Source of the DNA: Paraspadella gotoi
Lineage: Eukaryota; Animalia; Chaetognatha
Assembly (NCBI GenBank): GCA_051294375.1
Contig: CM119269.1
Coordinates: 6,185,919-6,249,918, forward strand
Reading direction: 5' to 3'
Length of the DNA: 64,000 nucleotides
Numbering within the stretch: position 1 is the stretch's first letter; the number at the start of each line of letters is the position of its first letter. The position numbers and the translations under genes are program-made. Below, piece after piece: positions 54,065 to 64,000 of the stretch. Under the pieces are notes generated by a model. It did no database searches. It was not told where the DNA came from and worked only from the letters and a program-made list of their open reading frames with translations.

Positions 54065-57000
54065 TCACTCCAACCCATTCTGCAAGTAGACCCTCTGGAC
54101 GCCCTCGACCCTCTCCCGCCCGATGGGGCAGACCGAGTGCGGAGACCGGAACTGGTTGGCGCAGTCGGCGCAGAGGACCCCGTGACCGCAAGGGACGAGC
54201 ACGTGTTGTCGATCGGACGTCTCGTTCCAGCAGATGAAGCAGGTGCAGGTGCCGAGGGAGGTGTCGGGGGCGTGGCCTTCGCCTAGGGGGCGGTCCGAGG
54301 AATTAATTTTATTTAAAAATATTAATTACATGAATTTTTGTCAAGGGAAATCATCATTATCGTAATCATCACATGCACCACATGGCCCCCATAATTATCA
54401 AAAATATGATAAACTACGATGTGATGTGAAAATGATTAAATTTTAGAAAATTGAAATTTTGCATATAAAACATGAAAATATAAACTAATAAAAATACAAA
54501 TACAGTGAGCTATATTTATATATAGTAATAACTAAAAAGCTAAAATTTCAAATAACAAATTTTTAAATTTTAAAATCGTATTTGGATTCCTTACTAGAAG
54601 TTGATATAAGAAAGTATAATTCTTTTTTAAAAATTAAAGTTGGTTAAAAATGTAAAAAACTATATTTAAGACGCCTATTTTCAATTTCCAGCTTAAAAAT
54701 ATAGTTTTAATATGATAGTTTTCAAAACATAACTGGTAAATTTTGATTCCAAACTTTCACTTCACCCTAACGACCATCCCTAGATCCTCAATCCTCAAAC
54801 CCCTACTCCCGGTAGCACCCCCCTCAACCCCACCAACCTACTCACCCCCGCACGCGGCCCGCATGGCCACCACCTTCAGCGCCACCCTCATCCGGCTCCG
54901 CACCGTGGCGCCGACTTCCATCCGGCTCATCCAGCGCCGGGCGGCGATGAGCGTCGCCGGGGCGACGCCGTTGTTGTCCTCGACGGCGGCGTCGGCATTG
55001 GCGTTGAGCAAGAGTTCGACGACGGGCAAAGCCTCCCGAAGCGAGGCTTTGTGCAGCGGCGTCTGTCCCTCTTTGTCGACGGCGTTGACGTTGGCTTTGG
55101 CGCCGAGCAGGAGCGTCGCCGCTTCAGTTTGTAAGAGATCGCAGGCGCTGCGATGGAGGGAGAGGAAGCTAAGTTAGAAGCTCATATGGCTCCAAATGAA
55201 ATTGAGTTTCTTAATCTACTTTGCATAATATCGTAATTTGAATGAATTGGGTATTCTCTATAGTCAAGATTCAAGAACTCTTCTATTTTATAATTTCAGC
55301 TTTTCTTGTCAAGTACATTGCTTGTTATATTTATCTCAAACCCGTTTCCCTGTTTCCCTTCTTATTCTCAAATCTAAGAAGTTCGCCTCGAGCATTTTTG
55401 CACCGAAAAAAAATCTAGACTCACGAGTGGAGAGGAGTGCAGCCGTCTTGGTTTGGTATGTCGGCGCTGGCCTTGTGCTGCAGTAGAAGCGGCAGGAGAT
55501 GCAGCTGCCGGTTAAGGACGGCGAGGTGAAGCGGTGTGTTGCCCTCTGCGTCGGGGAGGTTCACGTGAGATCCGTGGGCGAGGAACAAGCGGACCAGCTG
55601 AGTAAACGAGATTGATGTTAAAATGATGAGTTAAAGAAAAAGCAAAAAAACAATTCCCCGTCGATGATCCATCAGTCAATTTAGACATCAGATTACGTCA
55701 ATGGGTTTTTACTAGCCCATCAGTCAAAATATCCGTTAAATGCCCATCGATTATGTCATAGATGACTTTTCAATAGCCCTGCAACACAACCCGGTTATTA
55801 ACTAAAATTACCGACTGGTCAATTTCATTTAATGACCAGATGATTATCGTCATTATCGTTCCCATCCATTTGCGGCAAAAGAACCCCACCGCCGTTTTTT
55901 TTTTCCCGGCCAAGCACCCTACCTGCTGATTCCCCGCCATGACGGCGACGGAGAGTGGGGAGTGGAGATTGACGTTGAGTTTGTGAAGAGGCGCGCCGGC
56001 GGAGAGAAGGACGGAGGCACAGTCGGCGTGTTGCCACATGGTGGCGCCGTGGAGCGCGGTGTAGCCGTCGTGGTTCTCGCTGTGGGTGCATGGTGAGTAG
56101 GACGGAGGGGGAAAGATTGAAAATGGTGAGAGATAGAGAAAAAAAAATCCACTGTGCAGTGTGCGGGGAGCAGTGTGCACCCCAAGGCATTTTATTGTCA
56201 ATTAGTATTTAGTAAGTTTAAAATTAGGCAAACGTTACGTAATATCTTTATGAGTTTATCTTTTCTTTTTTAAGTCACTTTTCGGTCGGTCTATCGGTCT
56301 GTATGTCTGTCCGTTGGTCTGTCCCACTAACGTCAAAAATGCATAAAATTCGCCTATAGTTGATTGCTCATTTGTTAAAACACTAAAAAACCTCAAATCT
56401 AAGTGATTGCTAGCGCCGCCTTCAGGAAATCCAAAAAACTTTAAAAAGTAAAATACAAGATTCCTATACAATGCATGTCATAACTACATGTCACTGCGGC
56501 GCAACACATTAGAATTACCGTTCTTGTTAATTTTACGAATTAACGAAAACTTTTCTATGGTAGGTAATGTGGCAACGATTAAGAATGACGAGCTACAAAT
56601 TAGAAAATGATTTATCTAAATGTAACGAATGCTCAAGAGACTTCACCGTCTTTCCAACCTGTGGACGTCGGCGCCTCCCGTGACGAGGACGGCGACGCCG
56701 ACTGAATTCCCCGACGCCGCGGCGACAAAAACCGCGTCGTTTCCGTTGTTGTCCTTTAAGGCGAGATCTGCGCCTGCTTCGAGCAGCGCCGTCACCACCT
56801 GTTGGCGCCCGAACATCGCTGCCAGGTGCATCGGCGTCTGTCCGTTCTCGTCGGGTGCATCGACAACCGCTCCGAGTCGAAGCAGCGTCCGCGCCACCTC
56901 CTCGCCGTTCGCCAGATGCAGCGGCGTCTTTTTTTCGGCGTCAACGCCGCGAGGATCGAAGCCGAGCGCCGCCAGCGTCGCCGCCATCTGTTTGTCGTCG

Positions 57001-57877
57001 GCGACGGCGGCGAGGTGCCAGCAGGTGGCACCGGCGAGATTTCGGCAACCGACGTCGACCCCCACCTTCTCCACCAGGTGTCGGACCATCGATGGGCTTT
57101 TGTTTCTGACGGCGATGAAGAGCGGCGTCTCTCCGGTCGAGTCGGCGGCGTCCCAGAGACGTGGCGCCGAAGTTGCGCTGCGGTCATCGGCGGCGTCGCT
57201 TTCGCTCGATCTCGCCAAACCGGCGTCTACAGCGTCTTTGACGGCGACGGCGTCGACGAGGAAATCCAAGATGGCAACGTTCTCCATCTTGACGGCGACG
57301 TGGAAGAGAGAGGCGCCTTCGGAGGAGCGGACGGACACGTCGGCGCCCAACTCCATCGCGAGAAGACGCATCATATCGATCTGTGGGGATTTAAAATAAT
57401 TTAATTCAACTACTTTATTGGTTAAATAGGAAATAGAAAACGAAATAAAATCTTAGGACCAATCCATAAAATGTTTTTTTTTGACAATATGATATAAATG
57501 TATGGAAAATCAAATAATAATTATAAATTAGATAAGCATTTTTTCAATAAATTAATAAAACTTTCTATCAATGAATCAATAAATAAATTAATCAATCAAG
57601 CAATCAATAAAGACCCATTACGTACTCTTTCCCTCTCAAAACGCCTTGCCTGTTTGTTTTCCGCGGCAACAACCAAAGGCGTTCTGCCCCGCGTGTCCCT
57701 GGCGTCGATTTTGGCGCCGCCGTCGGCAAGGAGCGACGCCATCTCGACGCTTCCGGTTTCGGCGGCGACGTGGAGCGGCGTCTTTTCAAAGTTGTCGCCG
57801 AGATTGGGGTCCGCGTTAAGGCTGAGGAGTCGGGAGACGGTCGGTCCGTCGTTCATCACCTGGAGCAATTAGATAAG

Positions 57878-57931
<54 letters not shown>

Positions 57932-58500
57932 TTTAAAATCAAATGCATAATATGAGTAAAATCAATAAAACTAATTAGGTATTCATTATAACCAAGCAAG
58001 CCAGTCAATCATTTTAACCAGCTAATCAATTCGATCAGTCAATCAGTTTAACGAGTGAACAGTTTAACGTTTAACGAGTAAATCAATTTATCTTGTCGTC
58101 GAGTCAAATCAGTCAAAACGGTCAGTCAGCCAAGTTACCGAATTAAATTTAAATTTAATTAAATTAGACTAAACAGATTGCAATAACGAGACCGCACCGT
58201 CGCGATGTGCAGCGGCGTGAGTCCCCCGGGATCCTTCTGGTCCACATCTGCTCCTCCTCTGATGAGCTCTTCGATTCTGTCCCGATTGTCGCCGGTGGCC
58301 AATTGCCTCATGATTTCTTCGTGCAACGGAGGCACGACCAGTTCCTGCCGATCGAAACGCGATTGTTGCGATCTTCATTGCGAGGTTTTTTTGAGTCGCA
58401 GAAAGTTGCGCAATATATTTTTTTTTTACCTTTGTGGAAGTGTATTCGTTGGATTCGGGGGAAGAAGACACTTGACCCATCGTTCTACGAAACAAAGATC
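54065..58500 (-). CDS. Ankyrin-repeat protein with C-terminal RING finger (putative E3 ligase); start unresolved
   Basis: More than 10 ankyrin repeats (G.TPLH.A) across in-phase exons. Last exon CFICWNETSDRQHVLVPCGHGVLCADCANQFRSPHSVCPIGRERVEGVQRVYL; stop TGA 54065-54067. Confidence 0.88.
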
Positions 58501-59359
58501 CTGGAAACGAAAGAAGGAAAATGAAAGAAAAAGAAAAACAGAGAGAGAGAGATTGAAAGAATGTTTATTCATTCTTTCTTTGTCTCGGTTCGCCTTCGAA
58601 AATCGGCCTTGCTGATCGATTGTGGACAATGCAAAAAACCGGGGTTTTTACCGATAGTAAGTTAAAATAATTTTTGATTTGTTTATTTTTTTTAAACAGT
58701 TTAAACAACTGAAGATGGCAGGTTGAGTGACTGTTTCAAACCGAAGATCTCGGTCAAACAATTTCTGGAATGAACCGTAAAATCGGGAAAGCTCACGCAG
58801 GCCGTCCAAAACTTAAGCGAATTGGTGAACCAAATAGCAAAATAAGAATAAATTGTTGTCCAAGTGGAAACGAAAAAAAATCCAAACAAAATTACCTATT
58901 TTCTGGAAAAAATAAATATGAGCCATATCCGCAATTATTATTTCAAGCTATTTGATAAAACTGTAAAGTTGTTGAAAAGATCCAGGTTTTAGTTTTTAAC
59001 GAAATTTGTAGAAGTAGATTTGTAAAAAGAGAAAAAATATAAACAGCTTAGACTTTATAACAGTTGATTTTCATCCTTTAATAGGGTCGTATAAAAGTGT
59101 GCCGGGAAATGTAGCTAAATTGATACAACTTACCCATTTTGATAGAGGGAAGCCGAAAAGCCTGACGTTTAGAATTCCCCCGATTTTGACACCGATGCAT
59201 TTATAAAATTTAACAATTGAACGAGTCACGAGTTTTACCATGACAAAAAAAAATATATGTCATGGATGAACAAAGAAAGTTTTTCTTTCCACAACGAGGG
59301 ACAAAATCGATCTAATAATAATCCTAATCTTCTTCCTTCCCCCGCTGATCGAGACAGAG

Positions 59360-59424
<65 letters not shown>

Positions 59425-59514
59425 AGAGAAGAGAGAGAGAGCGCTCACGGAAGGAGGAAGGGTTCTTTGTTTGGCTCGGTACTCTGTTTCGGGCTTTCAG
59501 TCCACACATGTCGT

Positions 59515-59584
<70 letters not shown>

Positions 59585-61350
59585 CTTTATCTCGCCTCTC
59601 TCTCTCTCTTTCTCTCTCTCTCTTTCTCTCTCTAACATATGATCGAAGGATGACTGGGAAAGTGATGTTCCTTTATGCTACAGATTTTTTTCAATTTTAG
59701 ATAATATAACAGTTATAGTGTGGCGTTTAGTGAATATAGTTGACAACTGGTTTTTATTGCATCTCACATCGGTGCGGGCCTTATTATAATTTTATTAATT
59801 AACAAAATAAATCGTGGCCCGCATCGGGATCTCCAATGCGGGTAATTAACATTCGTTGTCGTCATCTTTTTGGACGTCGAGTCGAGTCTCATTCTTTAGT
59901 CTTTTTTTTTTTAAATTTTAAATTTGACATATTAAATTATTGTATAAAGTCAAAAGTCATAAAAGCCCAGTATCTTTAATACCTTTTCCAACATTTTCAC
60001 AATGACGTAGGCATCTATAATTTGAAGGTGAGCCGACTTAGTAGGCCCAATAAGGATCAAACGTAGCTCGTGATCCCAAAAGTATAATTATAAACATCAG
60101 TAAAAAAATGGAAATAAACACTGAACATTGAACACTCAACAATGAATAGGGGCTCCGTTGCCAATAAACGAGCACCAGAGAAAAAAAAGCACAAAATGTA
60201 AAAATGTAGTTCTTTTTCTACACGCGATAGAAAAACCATAAAAAAATCGACCGAAAACGTCTCATCGTTTCGAGGAAACAAAAATTGTGTTTTTTTTTTT
60301 TTTTTTTTTTTTTGTTCGTGACGAAACAAATAAGAAACAAAGGAAAACCTAAAAAAAAGTTCTTACTTTTGATTGGAAATTTGTCGCGTTCGTCATTCGC
60401 CTGTTGACAAAACTAATTGCGCGATTGATAATATATCATTTCTCGGTGTTGTTAAATGTCGAAATCGTTCTTTCTGTGAATTTTTCCGGAGAATCACAGG
60501 TGCTAAGTGAAATTCACGGATCTTCGAGTTTCGTGCGATAAGAAAACTCGTCGCTCGTCACTCATTATTTCTTATTTTAGCTCTGGTGACCTATGGACGT
60601 AAGAATATCTAGTGACTCAACGAACAATGGCCTTTTTCCTGTTCGTGTTCGGACTGGCTCGCTGGTTTTCGAACAAGAGAACAATCCACTGTCGACCTTT
60701 TTCTATGTTTTTCTGGTTTCTTAACTTATTATTTATATTTCCTTTTTGTGTTGTTTTTAGAAAAGCTTCTGTTTGAAAACAAAATTCAAAATTTAGGAAT
60801 TTGAAATTTCTGTATTAACATGTGACTTTGACTGATTTTCGAGAAAAAAAATTCAGTTAATTTTCCATCTTCATTGCATCATTTATTTTCTAAAATTCGT
60901 AATGTAAGAATACAAAAAAACAATAAAAGTTTTAATATCCAAATTACGTTCCTTAGCTATCATCAGCTATTACTTACAACTCGGGAAGTTCCTTTAGAAT
61001 TGCTGCATTAGTTTGGTTTATCAGTTATTCACAAGGCATTTAAAAAAGATCCTTCGTTAAACACAATAACATAACGCAATTAAAGATTATCGTTTGATTA
61101 TGACAAAAGAAAAAGATTGCAATTCGTTCCGCTAACGATCGATAATCCTCTCATTTTCCACATCCTCGTTTTCCGCCAAAGCGACGAGGGACGTTCGACG
61201 ACCCATAATGGCGCTAATGGCGCAAAATGGCGTCATAAAGCTCCGATGTCGCTCAATGGGCCATAACGCCGCCGATGGGGAGTTGATGGAATTATTTGCA
61301 TCAAATATTCAAGATCAGGAGTCTAAATCGGATGAGTTTTCGCTTTCGAA

Positions 61351-61662
61351 TTAGGTTCGATTTCCGGTCATATACTCCTCGTTTTCCTCCTCTTCCTCTT
61401 CGTCCAGTGGCTCGAACGTGTCTTGTCGTGGAGAGGCGCCTCGACTGGCGGCGCCGGTGGCGCTTGGGACGTCATTAGCGTCGCTGGCGGCCCGAGAGAC
61501 GTCGCCCGGCGTCGTCGTCGTCGGGCTCTCTAAGATCCGAGGTAAAAGCGGAGAAAATTCGCTCCTCCTTTCGTCAATGTCGGCGTCGTCTTCGTCGTCG
61601 ACTGTAGACGCTGCTACTAACGAAGCCGCTGCTGCTGCTGCCGCCGCTGCTGCCGCAGAATC
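61351..61662 (-). CDS. Terminal exon of a gene whose upstream part is garbled or outside the window
   Basis: Acceptor cctag then open frame DSAAAAAAAAAASLVAASTVDDEDDADIDERRSEFSPLLP..EEEEEENEEYMTGNRT*. Confidence 0.55.
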   Translation of the reverse strand, partial: DSAAAAAAAAAAASLVAASTVDDEDDADIDERRSEFSPLLPRILESPTTTTPGDVSRAASDANDVPSATGAASRGASPRQDTFEPLDEEEEEENEEYMTGNRT

Positions 61663-61807
61663 CTAGGTGTAAATCGCGAGGAATAATTAATGGTGATTAC
61701 CTTAACTACGACTTACGGTTGAGGAATCTTATTACGAAACAAGGTGAAAGCAAGTTATATGCTAAAGTCTGAGATGAGGAAGGAATGTGGATAGTAGAGG
61801 GACGGAG

Positions 61808-61942
<135 letters not shown>

Positions 61943-62089
61943 TAAAGAAGAGAGAGAATAAAGAGAGAGAGAGACAGAGAGCCAGAGAGAGAGAGATAAA
62001 GAGAGAGAGACAGAAGCCAGAGAGAGGGAGATACAGAGAGACAGAGAGAGATACAGAGAGAGAGAGAGACAGAGAGAGAGAAGAGAGAA

Positions 62090-62958
62090 GAGCAAAAGTT
62101 AGAATTCTTGAAAATCCAAGAAGATTTTTAGCTAACGCCGATTCAACATTCAATCACAACATTCTCAAGCCATGATTCCAATTGTCATCCGAAACTAGAC
62201 ATTTTCCGCGCTGTCATTTAAAACGACACTGCTTATTTACTAATTGAGACTGCAATTCAATAGTTGACCCTTTGATTGACTTCGATTTGTCTTGGACAAA
62301 GGGGGGGGGGTACCGGGGGTTAGGAGGAGGAGAAAGAGGGGGGGGGGAGTGGATCGGGAAGCGGCACAAATTGCGATCGCCGCTGGTCGCTTTTGCCCTT
62401 TCGACTTTCCCCTCGCCCTTCGGACTTTCCATTCCTAATTAATTTGTTCTTTCATTCTGCTGCTCTTTTTTTTTTTCTTTCATTCTGATTGGTCGATTTC
62501 GAGCCAATCAATTGCTGCGATATTTTTCTCTTTCTTCAATCAATCTTCTTTCTTCGATTTACTTAATCAATCTCAACTTAATCATCTCTTTCCTTCCTTC
62601 ATCTCGCGGCCCCGCCTAGATTTCTCATCTAAGATTCTCCCGCCGCCGGCGAGTAACGTCTTTGATATTCAATTTTCAATTCCATCACATTCCCCAATAT
62701 TTTTTTCCCCATATTCTTTCTTAATGTTTTTCCCTTTTCTTCTTTTTCTCCATTTTTTTTCCCCATTTTTCGCTCTCGTGTTTAACCTCGACCTCGATTT
62801 TTCGCTTCCCTCGTTTTTTCTTCTCCATTCGTTCTTTCGACCTTCACCAGGCTCCTCGCGCTTACTTTTGTGATCTCTCTCACTCACAATCTTGAGTCTA
62901 TGTTTCTTTCTTCTTTCTTTCTTTCTTTCTTTTTTTTTTTTTTTTTTATTTATTTATT

Positions 62959-63048
<90 letters not shown>

Positions 63049-64000
63049 TGTTATTTATTTATTTATTTTTTATTTATTTATTTATTTATTATTTATTTAT
63101 CTTTTTAATTATTTATTTTTTTACTTTCTTTCTTTCTTTCTTTCTTTNNNNNNNNNNNNNNNNNNNNNNNNNGAGAGAGAGAGAGAGAGAGCAAAAGTTA
63201 GAATTCTTGAAAATCCAAGAAGATTTTTAGCTAACGCCGATTCAACATTCAATCACAACATTCTCAAGCCATGATTCCAATTGTCATCCCGAAAACTAGA
63301 CATTTTCCGCGCTGTCATTAAAACGACACTGCTTATTTACTAATTGAGACTGCAATTCAATAGTTGACCCTTTGATTGACTTCGATTTGCCTTGGACAAA
63401 GGGGGGGGGGGTACCGGGGGTTAGGAGGAGGAGAAAGAGGGGGGGGGGAGTGGATCGGGAAGCGGCACAAATTGCGATCGCCGCTGGTCGCTTTTGCCCT
63501 TTCGACTTTCCCTCGCCCTTCGGACTTCCATTCCTAATTAATTGTTCTTTCAATTTGCTGCTTTTTTTTTTTTCTTTCATTCTGATTGGTCGATTTCAGC
63601 CAATCAATTGCTGCGATATTTTTTCTCTTTCTTCAATATCAATCTTCTTTCTTCGATTTACTTAATCAATCTCAACTTAATCATCTCTTTCCTTCCTTCA
63701 TCTCGCGGCCCCGCCTAGATTTCTCATCTAAGATTCTCCCGCCGCGGCGAGTAACGTCTTTGATATTCAATTTTCAATTCCATCACATTCCCCAATATTT
63801 TTTTCCCCCATATTCTTTCTTAATGTTTTCCCTTTTCTTCTTTTTTCCTCCATTTTTTTTCCCCATTTTTCGCTCTCGTGTTTAACCTCGACCTCGATTT
63901 TTCGCTTCCCTCGTTTTTTTTCTTCTCCATTCGTTCTTTCGACCTTCACCAGGCTCCTCGCGCTTACATTTGTGATCTCTCTCACTCACAATCTATGAGT
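62090..64000. other. ~800 bp direct duplication on either side of N-gap 63148-63172 (likely assembly overlap)
   Basis: 62090-62900 is nearly identical to 63190-64000, differing mostly by 1-bp indels. Confidence 0.8.

Noticed and set aside
53639-54286. 215 aa His/Ser/Phe-rich ORF
   Set aside because: Translation of the CATT minisatellite running antisense into the RING exon.
58429-58480. MGQVSS.. myristoylation-like start for the ankyrin gene
   Set aside because: This frame is out of phase with the next ankyrin exon; the true start needs an upstream exon or an indel fix.
62090-64000. Apparent tandem gene duplication
   Set aside because: Copies flank an N-gap and differ mostly by single-base indels; most likely an assembly overlap.

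Overview
AT-rich eukaryotic (animal, probably invertebrate) genomic DNA with compact multi-exon genes, mostly short GT-AG introns, standard genetic code and two N-gaps. By manual splicing I find: a 3R-Myb (B-Myb-like) gene, a 14-3-3 gene, an uncharacterised multi-exon gene, a divergent Ral GTPase, a 7-exon orphan gene missing from the ORF track, a class II CPD photolyase head-to-head with SDHB, ZNF706, a tandem family of 2-3 small two-TM proteins, an ankyrin-repeat/RING protein and the last exon of another gene. Introns and intergenic DNA hold a ~5 kb Gypsy-type LTR element, TA- and 8-bp-TSD MITEs, a TTAGGG-bearing repeat family and many microsatellites. Best leads: (1) a ~230-260 nt GC-rich island at ~51.9-52.1 kb with many compatible helices and a mutually exclusive alternative fold, which I could not assign to any known RNA family; (2) a ~290 bp palindrome, present twice, with a Penelope-type minimal hammerhead motif in each arm and carried inside a dispersed repeat; (3) the tandem orphan membrane-protein family; (4) a possible chain of ATGA-overlapping ORFs upstream of Myb. 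Several regions show indel-rich, probably unpolished sequence, so frameshift-based claims are tentative. All calls are by eye; no database search was run.
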